This document shows, in pieces, positions 14,957 through 24,648 of a DNA stretch of 64,000 nt. The notes under the pieces were generated by a model. That model was not told the origin of the DNA, made no database searches, and worked only from the letters and a program-made list of their open reading frames with translations. Each line of letters opens with the position of its first letter. Positions within the stretch are counted from its first letter, which is position 1. A program made the position numbers and the translations under genes. Location of the stretch: the sequence record PQ898399.1, one strand, 5' to 3'.

Positions 14957-15511
14957 ATGAAAATAAAATCTCTATTTGCCCCATATCTATCCCTGATGCA
15001 CGCATTCAAAATCCGTGCTGATGATTGTATAGAAATCCTCAAAGAAAGTCATTACACTCCTATAGATATTCTACGCGAATATGCTACGCTAAAAATCGAT
15101 GGCGGACGTCAATCAGGCAAGACTAAAGCTGTTGCTGAATTTGCAGCAGATTGGTTACATGATGGCGGAACTGTCTGGATTATTAGCACCCATCAACGAA
15201 ATTCAGAAGAAACCGCAAAACGAATAAGAGCTTGTTATGAGAAAGAACTCATTCATCAAGCAAATCCAGAAGAAGCCAAACGCATGATTATCATGGACAC
15301 TGTGCGAAGTTTTCTGAGCGATGGTGGTTCAAAAGCTCGCGGTCGAAAGCTTAACAGAATCTTGTATATTATAGAAGAACCAATGAAACTCCCTGAAATG
15401 GAAAAGTTCTATGAAGCCCATTTCAAAGGTCCGTTTTATGCATGTGTTCATCAATCACACGTTACTGGTGAAGAGATGATTCCATTATTCTTTGTGATAG
15501 GAATGCAATGA
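14957..15511 (+). CDS. T4 vs.8-like P-loop protein
   Basis: PYLSLM.AF, DGGRQSGKT, FFVIGMQ; synteny. Confidence 0.75.
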   Translation: MKIKSLFAPYLSLMHAFKIRADDCIEILKESHYTPIDILREYATLKIDGGRQSGKTKAVAEFAADWLHDGGTVWIISTHQRNSEETAKRIRACYEKELIHQANPEEAKRMIIMDTVRSFLSDGGSKARGRKLNRILYIIEEPMKLPEMEKFYEAHFKGPFYACVHQSHVTGEEMIPLFFVIGMQ

Positions 15512-15927
15512 TGAAAGAAAATTTTAATAAGGGCCTTTTGGCCCTTGATATGACCATTGGTGAATATATTCGCTTTTTGCGTTCTACTGGAAAATGCAAT
15601 GTAGAGTCTTTGATTAATATTCTACATATCAAGTTTTCAGATGGCGCAGTTCTTGAGCCAAAGCTGTATCGATTTTTAGATGGGCCTTTTAAAGGCTCGT
15701 TGTTCATCTGCACTTCGCCAGATGTGGGTCTGATGAATGAGCATCCATGGTTTGAAGTAGAGTTTATCTCTGGCCCATGCAAAGGCATTAAAACTTCAAG
15801 CTTAATTACTTACGACCGCAAGGTCATTTCTTTGGAGCCAACATGGCGCAAATTATTATCGACATCCCCGACCACCTGGTTGAATCTTTCTGCGGCTGGT
15901 TTTCAAACCAAGGCGAACAGGATTTAA
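15508..15927 (+). CDS. T4 vs.7-like protein
   Basis: GPFKG..., EFISGP.KG motifs; synteny. Confidence 0.65.
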   Translation: MMKENFNKGLLALDMTIGEYIRFLRSTGKCNVESLINILHIKFSDGAVLEPKLYRFLDGPFKGSLFICTSPDVGLMNEHPWFEVEFISGPCKGIKTSSLITYDRKVISLEPTWRKLLSTSPTTWLNLSAAGFQTKANRI

Positions 15928-16079
15928 TGGAAGCGCATGCTAACGGTGTGTGGAATGAAGAAACCAAACAGTGGGAAGACGCTAAAACTGGTCTTACTGT
16001 AAGTGGCTATGGAATTAATGAACCAATCAAAATTCGTGAGTATGATAAAGAGACTGACGAAGAAATTCAATACCCATAA
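15843..16079 (+). CDS. hypothetical protein
   Basis: GGAG RBS; overlaps previous ORF. Confidence 0.65.
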   Translation: MAQIIIDIPDHLVESFCGWFSNQGEQDLMEAHANGVWNEETKQWEDAKTGLTVSGYGINEPIKIREYDKETDEEIQYP

Positions 16080-16088
16080 GGAACTACT

Positions 16089-16451
16089 ATGAACGCATAT
16101 CAAATTTTGAACGGCACTCATAAAGGCACAATTTATCTTGAAGATGGTGATAAAGCCCGTGTGATTGTATCTAAAACTTTGCCAGAAGATTCTATAGTTG
16201 ATGTAGAAACTTTCTTTGGTTTTGAATCTCGTGAAATTGGAATTGAAACCAAGCCTACAGTTAAAGTTGAAGGCGGACAGCATTTGAACGTGAACGTGCT
16301 GTCTAAAGAAACTTTAGAAGATGCAGTTCAACATCCAGAAAAATATCCTCAGTTGACTATTCGTGTTTCTGGCTATGCCGTTCGTTTTAATGCTCTAACT
16401 CCAGAGCAACAGCGCGACGTTATTTCACGTACTTTCACTAAGGAAATGTAA
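16089..16451 (+). CDS. vs.6: autonomous glycyl radical cofactor (GrcA-like)
   Basis: [37 protein letters not shown]. Confidence 0.95.
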   Translation: MNAYQILNGTHKGTIYLEDGDKARVIVSKTLPEDSIVDVETFFGFESREIGIETKPTVKVEGGQHLNVNVLSKETLEDAVQHPEKYPQLTIRVSGYAVRFNALTPEQQRDVISRTFTKEM

Positions 16452-16732
16452 TGTCAATTGAAGATATCAAAGGTTACAAGCCGCACACTGATGACAAAAT
16501 TGGTAAAGTGAATGCTATCAAAGATGCTGAATTACGTCTTGGCTTGATTTTCAAAGCCTTAGAAGAAGAGCATGTCAAAGTTTACATGGACTTGGATGTT
16601 GACACTATAAGCGACGAAGAATTCGATCTAGCTCATTCTAGAATCACTCAGATTCGTAATGCAATTGATCGTTTGAAAGAAGCTTCTATGTGGGCATGCC
16701 GTTCAGTATTTCAGCCAGAAGAAAAGTATTAA
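16451..16732 (+). CDS. vs.4: Vs.4/Acb2-family cyclic-oligonucleotide sponge (anti-CBASS)
   Basis: EDIKGYKPHT..KIGKVNAIKDAE...LKEASMWACRSVFQPEEKY nearly as in T4 Vs.4. Confidence 0.9.
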   Translation: MSIEDIKGYKPHTDDKIGKVNAIKDAELRLGLIFKALEEEHVKVYMDLDVDTISDEEFDLAHSRITQIRNAIDRLKEASMWACRSVFQPEEKY

Positions 16733-16962
16733 TGTCTATCCGCAACAAAGTCTCCGAATCTTTCTCTGAAGCTATCAATGCTATGGAAGAAAAGATGGAG
16801 CAGCTTGTGGATGAGTCTATGGGTCTTCATGACCCTAAGACTTCTGATGCTTTCAATGCTGTTCAGGACAAAATCTCAAAGCTCCGTCAACGCATCGCGG
16901 ACACCAAGAAGCTGCGTAGCAATATTCTGCTTCAAGTGTTCTACGATGACCATAACTACTGA
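16732..16962 (+). CDS. hypothetical coiled-coil protein
   Basis: TAATG overlap. Confidence 0.65.
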   Translation: MSIRNKVSESFSEAINAMEEKMEQLVDESMGLHDPKTSDAFNAVQDKISKLRQRIADTKKLRSNILLQVFYDDHNY

Positions 16963-17020
16963 CTATTTACTTTCTCCAAGGGCTATGATACTATAGCCCT
17001 ATCAACAAAGGAGATTGAAA

Positions 17021-17485
17021 ATGACAACTAACCCAGAAGTATTCATCCGCCGAAACAAGCTACGTCGTCGCTTTGAGACTGAATTCAAGAGTGTAAACGA
17101 TTCTATACGTAGTGCTTGCGCATCTGCTGGTATTCCAGCTTTCTTTATTAAATATTCTAATCACCTCCTGGACCGTGCTATCCAGAGAGAAATTGATGAA
17201 GAGTATGTGTTCGCTCTGTTCCACAAAGTACACAACCATGTAACAGAAATTCACGAGTTCTTAGAAATGCCGATGCTTCCAATTGACCCATCGGAAATTG
17301 ACCCAGAAGTAGAGTACAGACCTCAACGTCTGGAAATCACAGATGGTACTCTATGGCTTGGAATGACTGTCTCTCTACCAAACCCAGAACATCCGTTCCG
17401 CGGTCACTCCATGCAATGTCGCATGGCATTCGTAAATGATAAACGCTTGAAAGGTAAAATCAGCACAAAGATTATCAAGTTATAG
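17021..17485 (+). CDS. regB: site-specific RNA endonuclease RegB
   Basis: EVFIRRNKLRR.FE.EF, KYS.HLLDRAIQREID, RLEITDG.LWLG.TV. Confidence 0.95.
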   Translation: MTTNPEVFIRRNKLRRRFETEFKSVNDSIRSACASAGIPAFFIKYSNHLLDRAIQREIDEEYVFALFHKVHNHVTEIHEFLEMPMLPIDPSEIDPEVEYRPQRLEITDGTLWLGMTVSLPNPEHPFRGHSMQCRMAFVNDKRLKGKISTKIIKL

Positions 17486-17503
17486 CTTTAATTTGAGGTA
17501 AAC

Positions 17504-18052
17504 ATGAAAAAAGCTCTATGCGCGGCGTTACTCCTAGTTTCGTCTCTAGGATTCGCGTCCGAACACACCTTCAGTAATGTCCAACTCGACAATTTGCAAT
17601 ACGCATATTCGTTTGGTGAACAATTTCAGAAGAATGGGAAGTATAAAGACCATAGTAAGCGCTATGACAATGATGGACTTGGTTACATTATGGCTGCACT
17701 AGTCTGGCAGGAAAGTTCTGCAGGCTTACGTACAACTGGTAAACATGGGCATCAAGCTTACGGGATATTTCAAAATTATCTTCCTACACTTAGGGAAAGA
17801 GTTAAACAAGCCGGATGGTCAATGACAGACGCTGAAATCATCCGCATGGCAAAGAGCCGGAAGCACTCCGCCGCTTGGGCGTATATTGAGTTAAGTTATT
17901 GGTTGGACCGTCATAACGGTGATATGAGAAAAGCCATAGCATCATACAACGCAGGAAACAAGTGGAAAGCCGGCAACAAGTACGCCTCTGAAGTATTAGC
18001 AAAGGCGAATTACTTGAAATCTCGTAAAATACTTCATTATACGGTGGAATAA
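17504..18052 (+). CDS. vs.1: lytic transglycosylase-like protein
   Basis: SEHTFSNVQLDN, WQESSAG, YIELSYWL, AIASYNAG. Confidence 0.9.
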   Translation: MKKALCAALLLVSSLGFASEHTFSNVQLDNLQYAYSFGEQFQKNGKYKDHSKRYDNDGLGYIMAALVWQESSAGLRTTGKHGHQAYGIFQNYLPTLRERVKQAGWSMTDAEIIRMAKSRKHSAAWAYIELSYWLDRHNGDMRKAIASYNAGNKWKAGNKYASEVLAKANYLKSRKILHYTVE

Positions 18053-18378
18053 TGAAAAAGTTGTTTGTACTTCTAATAGTTTTTGCTCTATCTGGGTGTA
18101 AAGTTGATTTTGCTACTGAACAAGATGATTCTTTAGTATTAGCAAAGCAATTCTGCACTAAGACTAATACAGAGTGTTTGAACATTTTGTCATTTGACTT
18201 TGACAAAACTTATGCTGAAGGACAAACTGATTCTGGTAGCCGCTTTAAATGGTCTACCTTGGTGGCTCGTAAGGCTAAAGACCTTGAGTCATTGTGTGAT
18301 AATGCACCTGATGTAAACGTATGCGAAGAATATCGTGATACGTTATTGAGGGTGTATATAGCGGGATTATCTAAGTGA
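18052..18378 (+). CDS. vs: valyl-tRNA synthetase modifier
   Basis: synteny, Cys pattern, Y.EG and C-terminal Y..GLS. Confidence 0.7.
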   Translation: MKKLFVLLIVFALSGCKVDFATEQDDSLVLAKQFCTKTNTECLNILSFDFDKTYAEGQTDSGSRFKWSTLVARKAKDLESLCDNAPDVNVCEEYRDTLLRVYIAGLSK

Positions 18379-18794
18379 AAATAGCAGCATTTCTGCTAGC
18401 TCTACCATTATCGGTAAATGCCTGGGAAAAACTCCCAGGCTATCCTGATAATATCTACGCTATTGATGGTAAGCTAGTTGAAACAACCGGTTCGTTTAAA
18501 AAGAATATTGAAGTTTCTTACTATCCTAAAAAGAAAGCTTTTGGTGTATCATTTTACAATTATTCTAACAAAGAAGACCAAGCTATTATTCCGGGTGGTT
18601 CAATTCATTTTCGAGGTTGCGGAGCCAAATCCTCCGGAATCATCAATGGAGTATCGATAGATTTTTCTGAAAGAGATTTGAAGTCTTTCAAAAAGTTAAC
18701 ATGTGGCGAAGAAATTTATGCGCGAGTTTACGATGAATTTGAAAACTACGCTACTTATCAATTTAAAAGCATACCTGAGTTGAGGAAAAGATGA
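18375..18794 (+). CDS. hypothetical protein with signal-peptide-like N-terminus
   Basis: ORF track. Confidence 0.7.
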   Translation: MKIAAFLLALPLSVNAWEKLPGYPDNIYAIDGKLVETTGSFKKNIEVSYYPKKKAFGVSFYNYSNKEDQAIIPGGSIHFRGCGAKSSGIINGVSIDFSERDLKSFKKLTCGEEIYARVYDEFENYATYQFKSIPELRKR

Positions 18795-19246
18795 TTGTAA
18801 ATTACATTAAAGGCGATATTGTTAAGCTATATTCTGAAGGCAAAGTTATTGCTCATGGTTGTAACTGTTTCCATACTATGGGTGCTGGCGTAGCAGGACA
18901 ACTTGCTTCAAAATTTCCTGTTATTTTGTCAACTGACAAAGCAGCTACAGATTATGCTGACCATAAAAAGCTTGGAACTTTTAGCTTAGCGTTAGCACTA
19001 AATGGTGGTGCTTGCTTTAATCTTTACACTCAGTATGAACCAGGTCCTAATCTTGATTATGGCGCATTAGTTAATGCTTTTCAGAAAATGGACAAATTCT
19101 TATCTGGTTCTTTGTTCAAAATGGATGTTTATATTCCTCGTATTGGTGCTGGAATCGCTGGAGGCGATTGGGAAAAAATTGAAGCACTAATTAATATGTT
19201 TACTCCAAATGTTGATATTATTGTAGTTGATTGGGACGGCGAATAA
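18791..19246 (+). CDS. tk.4: macrodomain protein (ADP-ribose processing)
   Basis: IKGDIV, IAHGCNCFHTMGAGVAGQL, PRIGAGIAGGDW. Confidence 0.92.
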   Translation: MIVNYIKGDIVKLYSEGKVIAHGCNCFHTMGAGVAGQLASKFPVILSTDKAATDYADHKKLGTFSLALALNGGACFNLYTQYEPGPNLDYGALVNAFQKMDKFLSGSLFKMDVYIPRIGAGIAGGDWEKIEALINMFTPNVDIIVVDWDGE

Positions 19247-19830
19247 TGGCTCAGCTTTATTTTAACTATGCTTCAATGAATGCTGGTAAATCAGCATCTC
19301 TGCTTACAGCAGCTCATAACTATAAAGAGCGTGGAATGGGAACACTCATTCTTAAGCCAGCTATTGACACGCGAGATTCAGCAAATGAAGTTGTATCTCG
19401 TGTTGGTCTACATGCTGAAGCAAATACCATCACTGAAGACATGGACATTCTTGAATTCTTCAAATGGGCGCAGACTCAAAAAGATATTCACTGCGTGTTT
19501 GTCGATGAAGCTCAGTTCTTGACTCAGTCTCACGTTCTTCAATTATGTCAGATTGTTGACCTCTATAACACTCCAGTGATGGCCTATGGACTTCGTACAG
19601 ATTTCCGTGGTAACCTATTTAAGGGCTCTGCCGCTCTTCTGGCGACTGCAGATAAACTCTGCGAACTGAAGGGTGTTTGCCATTGTGGTCGTAAAGCAAC
19701 AATGGTTGCTCGTGTTGACCAAGAAGGAAATGCTATCGTAGAAGGTGATATTATTGAATTAGGTGGTGAAGACAAATACGTCTCACTCTGTCGAAAACAT
19801 TGGTGTGAAATGACTGGTATTTATGAATAG
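19246..19830 (+). CDS. tk: thymidine kinase
   Basis: YASMNAGKS, VFVDEAQF, YGLRTDF, C.CGRKAT, YVSLCR.H. Confidence 0.97.
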   Translation: MAQLYFNYASMNAGKSASLLTAAHNYKERGMGTLILKPAIDTRDSANEVVSRVGLHAEANTITEDMDILEFFKWAQTQKDIHCVFVDEAQFLTQSHVLQLCQIVDLYNTPVMAYGLRTDFRGNLFKGSAALLATADKLCELKGVCHCGRKATMVARVDQEGNAIVEGDIIELGGEDKYVSLCRKHWCEMTGIYE

Positions 19831-19857
19831 TGTAAAAATCTTCGAGGCTACCTACTG

Positions 19858-19989
19858 ATGAAATTAGTCATCTGTTATCGCTGTCTTCATGTTTATGACC
19901 ATGATACCGCTCCTCGCACAAAGACAAAGCGTCTTCGCGTAAAAGAAGTTGAATGTCCAAAATGCAAATGCAAGGTAACATTAGGATGA
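19858..19989 (+). CDS. small zinc-ribbon protein (43 aa)
   Basis: my translation: CYRC...CPKC. Confidence 0.7.
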   Translation: MKLVICYRCLHVYDHDTAPRTKTKRLRVKEVECPKCKCKVTLG

Positions 19990-20152
19990 CTATTGATGTA
20001 TTATTTTGGTTATTCGCTTTTCCAGCTGCTGGGTTTATCATAGCAGCTTTACTTGGATTCTTAAAGATTTTAATTGAAGGTAAGGTATCACCATGAAATA
20101 TTTTAAAGCAGGATTTTACTACCATTGAGGTACTTTAACTCAAGAGGTAGAT

Positions 20153-20512
20153 ATGTCAAGAACTATTCGTCGTAAAGGTTTTAATAAGCGCACTTCAGCA
20201 CGTCGTTTCCAGCAATATAACAACGAATTTTACCATCTGTGCAAAGACACTTATCGTTGCATGATTATTCGTGGAGACACAACTGAAATCCGTCTGAAAA
20301 ACAATCAGGACTGGTTAGATGAAGTCGCTTCTGAAGTACATCGCGAAGCTTCTTACGTTGAAGAACGTTGGCATCGTTATGTGACATCCATCCCGCGCGT
20401 CATGCACAAGATGGAAATCAAACGCTCGTTGAGAAACGACACGGACTACAACTGGGACGAAAAGGCTGCTCGTAAGTATGAGAAAGGTCTTTGCTATTGG
20501 CTGTGGGACTAA
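20153..20512 (+). CDS. hypothetical basic protein
   Basis: GAGG RBS; MSRTIRRKG start. Confidence 0.8.
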   Translation: MSRTIRRKGFNKRTSARRFQQYNNEFYHLCKDTYRCMIIRGDTTEIRLKNNQDWLDEVASEVHREASYVEERWHRYVTSIPRVMHKMEIKRSLRNDTDYNWDEKAARKYEKGLCYWLWD

Positions 20513-20539
20513 AGTTAAATTGGGGAGCATGCTCCCCTT

Positions 20540-20547
20540 TATAAATA
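20540..20547 (+). promoter_or_regulatory. T4-type late promoter (TATAAATA)
   Basis: exact consensus upstream of rI.1. Confidence 0.85.
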
Positions 20548-20571
20548 CTATTACTAACTAATGAGGTATGT

Positions 20572-20784
20572 ATGAAGCATTTGAACGATAAGCAACTTCG
20601 TAATCTTGGTGTATCTCAACTGGAAGAAATTAAGTGCGAGATTGGCCACGCTATCTCAAGTCTAAACGAAGAGTTTCGCCAGCATGGTGCACGCCCAGAC
20701 TATTTGCGTAAACGCCAGCTGCAAAAATACCTCGATAAAGTTAAGGCTGTTCTTCAGCACAAACTTAATACAGGACAACGCTGA
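20572..20784 (+). CDS. rI.1: rI.1 protein
   Basis: QLRNL, EIGH.IS.L, VKAVLQHK.NTG. Confidence 0.85.
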   Translation: MKHLNDKQLRNLGVSQLEEIKCEIGHAISSLNEEFRQHGARPDYLRKRQLQKYLDKVKAVLQHKLNTGQR

Positions 20785-20791
20785 GGCTTTT

Positions 20792-21067
20792 ATGACTCTA
20801 CGCGCATTGGCTGCGATTTTATTTGCAGCCACTTTAATCTCGCCCGTATCGGCAGAAGAAGCAAACTTTGAACAATACGCTGATGGCGCTATGGTAGTAT
20901 ATAGCAAGTTCAAAGAACCTTCTAAAGAAGAATCTGAACGTTTCTTTTCTTTCATTAAGCAGAAATGGGCAGCTTCAAGTTGTACTACCCAGTGCACTGA
21001 AGAAGGAGTTCATGCTGGTAAGCAATATGTTTCTCTAACGAAGGTTAAACTTGAAAACGAAATTTGA
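20792..21067 (+). CDS. rI: antiholin (lysis inhibition regulator)
   Basis: signal-anchor N-terminus, two Cys, S.E.F.SF, VKLE; synteny. Confidence 0.85.
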   Translation: MTLRALAAILFAATLISPVSAEEANFEQYADGAMVVYSKFKEPSKEESERFFSFIKQKWAASSCTTQCTEEGVHAGKQYVSLTKVKLENEI

Positions 21068-21443
21068 AGATTTCATAACAACCGGAAAGAAACTTCCAGA
21101 GGATGAGTTCATTGGTCTTTTGATGGCTTCTGCATCATACTTCCACTCAGCTCATTTTGAAACTAAAAGCTATGCTCGTCACAAAGCATACAATTTCTTC
21201 TTTGATGCAATCCCTGAGTTAACCGACAAGTTCGGAGAGCAATGGCTTGGATGGTCCGGTAAAAAGTACACCCCATCTATACCATCGCAACAGGATTTGC
21301 CTACTGACACGATTGAGATGCTCGATAGCATCACAGCAAAAGCTGAAAGCATCTACGATAAGATGCCTGGAGCAATCAGAAACACAATTGACGAAATCAA
21401 TGGTATAGTGTTTCAAACCAAATACTTGCTGTCTTTGGAATAA
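21051..21443 (+). CDS. rI.-1: rI.-1 ferritin-like protein
   Basis: YFHSAHFETKSYARHKAY, DKFGEQ, KYLLSLE. Confidence 0.9.
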   Translation: MKTKFEDFITTGKKLPEDEFIGLLMASASYFHSAHFETKSYARHKAYNFFFDAIPELTDKFGEQWLGWSGKKYTPSIPSQQDLPTDTIEMLDSITAKAESIYDKMPGAIRNTIDEINGIVFQTKYLLSLE

Positions 21444-21549
21444 TTTGAGCCCTGACTTTTTGGTCAGGGCTTTTGTTGTTTTAAAGGAACCGTTTACATC
21501 CTCTTCAAAAGGTGATACTATGACCTTACACAAACAAGAGGAGAACATC

Positions 21550-22020
21550 ATGAATCGCATTACTAAATTATCTGATTTCATTCCAGGCCGCATCATGTAT
21601 CACGTGTACGGTGTATCTCGTACTGAAACTGAAGTATCTTTGAGTAATGTTGAGAAATACATCATTCTGAGTAAGCCATATCGTAGTCCAGCTTCAGATA
21701 TCTTGATGGTTGATATCATCTGTGAATACACTGACATCAACGGTGAATTGAAGCGGTCTTACCGCACTCAAATTTGCCCTGGTGATAACGCTGTATTTGA
21801 AAATGCTGAACGTAAGCCTCATAACTTGAACCGTCTGTTCGGTGATGTTGAATCTGCTTTGGAATTTATGGCTGAACTTAAAGCAGATAAATTCTCTTCT
21901 CCAGAAGACCAGGAATACGCTGACCATTGGACTCCAATCCGGGTTCTTGAAGAAAGAATGACTTGGGGCTGGGGTGATATCTATGATGATGGTGGTGAAT
22001 TTGATACGGCAGGTTGGTAA
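21550..22020 (+). CDS. hypothetical protein
   Basis: GAGGAG RBS before ATG 21550. Confidence 0.75.
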   Translation: MNRITKLSDFIPGRIMYHVYGVSRTETEVSLSNVEKYIILSKPYRSPASDILMVDIICEYTDINGELKRSYRTQICPGDNAVFENAERKPHNLNRLFGDVESALEFMAELKADKFSSPEDQEYADHWTPIRVLEERMTWGWGDIYDDGGEFDTAGW

Positions 22021-22126
22021 TGAGAACGGTATTTGTACTACTTTATCTGTTTGTTCAATACCACAATCCGTTGTTTACATACAACTTAGTTAATGGTATA
22101 ATGGACCTCGTTCAAAGGAGTTTGTA

Positions 22127-22396
22127 ATGGCAAGTGGATGGGGTCCAAGTGACGACGGATTTGCAGCTATTGAAGCTACAGTAAGTGATGGAATTGAATG
22201 GGCTCGTTTAGAGCTCATCAAATCTCAAAATCGTGAGAGTGAAAAATACTGTGAAGATTGTGACGGAGAAATTCCGGAAGCTAGACGCAAAGCTCAAAAA
22301 GGATGCACACGATGTGTAGCTTGCCAAAGCTCACATGACACTATCATTAAAGCGTCTTACAACAGACGCGGTTCAAAAGATTCGCAATTGAGGTGA
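22127..22396 (+). CDS. DksA/TraR C4 zinc-finger protein (YbiI-like)
   Basis: MASGW, CEDC..EIPEARR.A..GC.RCV.CQ, C-terminal YNRRGSKDSQLR as in E. coli YbiI. Confidence 0.9.
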   Translation: MASGWGPSDDGFAAIEATVSDGIEWARLELIKSQNRESEKYCEDCDGEIPEARRKAQKGCTRCVACQSSHDTIIKASYNRRGSKDSQLR

Positions 22397-22686
22397 TTAT
22401 GAAATATACATTTGAAAGCGGTTCAGTACATGGTCCTCTGGTTCTTGAAGTACGTGGAAACTTTTGCAAACTTGGTCATGAAGGTGATGAAGATTTGTTC
22501 AAAATCCATTTTCGTCTGGACAAAGCACATCTGATTGAATGTAATCAATGCCCTAATATTGATTACACTGATTATGGTGATGATTCATTTACTTTTGAAG
22601 CAAAAGATGGAAGCTATGGCTGTGTATCTTTTTGCAGTAAAGAGAATCTTGATAACTTCTTAAAAGCTATTCAGGAGATGCAATGA
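22393..22686 (+). CDS. hypothetical protein
   Basis: coupled ORF. Confidence 0.7.
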   Translation: MIMKYTFESGSVHGPLVLEVRGNFCKLGHEGDEDLFKIHFRLDKAHLIECNQCPNIDYTDYGDDSFTFEAKDGSYGCVSFCSKENLDNFLKAIQEMQ

Positions 22687-22889
22687 AAGACCCTTGGGGA
22701 TATGAACAATTTCATCTAGGAAGTTTAGACATTCGCACTAAAGAAGATGAAATTGTTTTGGAGCATGCTGTCCCTGAAGGAGCATGTTATGCCGGCTCTC
22801 CTCTTCATTTAAGTAAAGAAGAGGCTTTAAAGGTAGCGTTTTTCATTCTTAAACTTTATGCAGGAGAAGTCAATGAGCCTAAGTCTTGA
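22683..22889 (+). CDS. hypothetical protein
   Basis: coupled ORF. Confidence 0.7.
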   Translation: MKDPWGYEQFHLGSLDIRTKEDEIVLEHAVPEGACYAGSPLHLSKEEALKVAFFILKLYAGEVNEPKS

Positions 22890-23151
22890 GTTAAAAGATA
22901 TTATTGTTACTCGTCAATATGACGGAACATTTCAGTATGAAATTTGTACTCACGTAAGTGCTACGGGATTTTTGATGTACAATTTCTCTACTCAATACAA
23001 ACCGCATCTTGAGAGATTTTTGAAATATCATGAATCGCTTCCATATTCTTCTAGTATAGTAAGAGCTAATTCAGAAGAATATACAGAAACAATGCTCAAA
23101 ATTCAAGAGCAACTTAAAGAACGAGCTCGTAAGGAACAAGTAAATGACTAA
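22873..23151 (+). CDS. hypothetical protein
   Basis: GGAG RBS before ATG 22873. Confidence 0.65.
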   Translation: MSLSLELKDIIVTRQYDGTFQYEICTHVSATGFLMYNFSTQYKPHLERFLKYHESLPYSSSIVRANSEEYTETMLKIQEQLKERARKEQVND

Positions 23152-23389
23152 GTGCACTTTAGATTGGAACGTCCCAGGGTTAGATGCTACTATCAACTAT
23201 AAAGCTGAATCAGTTTATGGTGGTCATGCTGATATTAAAACAATGCTCTTCGTTAATGCCGATAAAGATATTCTTACAATTATTTCCCAAGGCGAAGAAG
23301 TTGAGCTTCTTAAAGAAGAAGCTGAGAAATTGCTTTCATGGTTGCAGGTTACAATACCTCATATGACCACTTCTAAAAACTTTAAATAA
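23144..23389 (+). CDS. hypothetical protein
   Basis: coupled ORF. Confidence 0.65.
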   Translation: MTKCTLDWNVPGLDATINYKAESVYGGHADIKTMLFVNADKDILTIISQGEEVELLKEEAEKLLSWLQVTIPHMTTSKNFK

Positions 23390-23410
23390 CTGAATTGAAA
23401 GGAAATTATA

Positions 23411-23863
23411 ATGCAAATCAATACTAACTCTTGGCACTACAAACTCGTTACTATGAATGGCGCTGAAAGCGCTCCACGTTCTCTGTGTCCATATTTTTGG
23501 AAAGGTGTATGGCACACATTCCTTCTGGCATTTGCTGTATTCGCTGTGTGCTTCGCTGGTTGGGGTTCTGGTGTTGATGTAGCTACATGGTTGTTTGCTA
23601 AGTGTGGCGTAGTTCTGTCTTCTGCTGCAGCAATTATTCCTGGACTGATTGTTGGTTGGCTTATTCTGGCCGCTATTTTTGGTACAATTTTCTGTATTGG
23701 TTACGGAATTTATCGAGTCGTTAAAAGACGAAAAGAAAAGAAAGAAGATAAAAAATGGGAAGCTATCAGAAATGGTACTTACGTTGAACCACAACCTAAT
23801 ATCATTATCGCTTTCATTAAAGCTCGCAAAGAGAAGTTCTGCCCAACTTTGGAATTTAAATAA
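23411..23863 (+). CDS. hypothetical membrane protein
   Basis: hydrophobic helices, AAGGA RBS. Confidence 0.8.
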   Translation: MQINTNSWHYKLVTMNGAESAPRSLCPYFWKGVWHTFLLAFAVFAVCFAGWGSGVDVATWLFAKCGVVLSSAAAIIPGLIVGWLILAAIFGTIFCIGYGIYRVVKRRKEKKEDKKWEAIRNGTYVEPQPNIIIAFIKARKEKFCPTLEFK

Positions 23864-24084
23864 TGCTTAAACAAGACCAGAACTATATTATCAACGGTGA
23901 ATCTGCTAAATTTAATGCAACTGTGGACAAAGGCTTTACTGGCCTGCGTCCAGTAGCCGAATTTATTTTTGCTGACGGACGCAAAATTACAGTAGTTCAT
24001 GACAAACTCAGCGGAAGTTCTACATCTTCCGAAATGATGGACCGTTCAGTTGCATATCGTAATGGCTCATGGCGCTTCTTATAG
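23863..24084 (+). CDS. hypothetical protein
   Basis: TAATG overlap. Confidence 0.7.
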   Translation: MLKQDQNYIINGESAKFNATVDKGFTGLRPVAEFIFADGRKITVVHDKLSGSSTSSEMMDRSVAYRNGSWRFL

Positions 24085-24093
24085 GAAAATATC

Positions 24094-24648
24094 ATGTTTA
24101 TTCGTCAAGTGAAAGCTAAAGGCATTGTAAAGAAAGAACTTGAAGTTGGACGCTCAATTACTGTTCAATCCGGAACAACAGAATTTGATGGTGAAATTGA
24201 TTTTATTAGCCGTTGCCAAGGAGCAACTCATATTTTCCTTAAAATCAATAAAAATCAACGAGCTGTTTTAAAAGTATATTCAACTCGTGTAATGATTGAA
24301 CTCTTCATTTATGATGAAGATAAAATTACATCATACGGCGTTACTAATGTGTATGTAACTTCAATTCGTAATAAGTACCTGGTTGATTTCACTAATTTCA
24401 GACCAAAAGACGGCCGATATACAGAAACATATGAAGCGGAAGCTTCTGGTTTTAAAAATATTCCGGTAGTTGTTGGTGATGTCTTCCAAAAGGGTTCTAA
24501 AGAATTCACTGTAATTGCTATCACTAAAAATGGTGGTACAATGTTCCTCGAATCCGAAAGCGGCGACGGTCTGCCAGTTAATCTGAATGACACTTCATTG
24601 ATTGCGGCTTTCGGTGGTCAATTCACATGGGGTCAACCGACTAAATGA
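24094..24648 (+). CDS. hypothetical protein
   Basis: AGGA RBS. Confidence 0.75.
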   Translation: MFIRQVKAKGIVKKELEVGRSITVQSGTTEFDGEIDFISRCQGATHIFLKINKNQRAVLKVYSTRVMIELFIYDEDKITSYGVTNVYVTSIRNKYLVDFTNFRPKDGRYTETYEAEASGFKNIPVVVGDVFQKGSKEFTVIAITKNGGTMFLESESGDGLPVNLNDTSLIAAFGGQFTWGQPTK

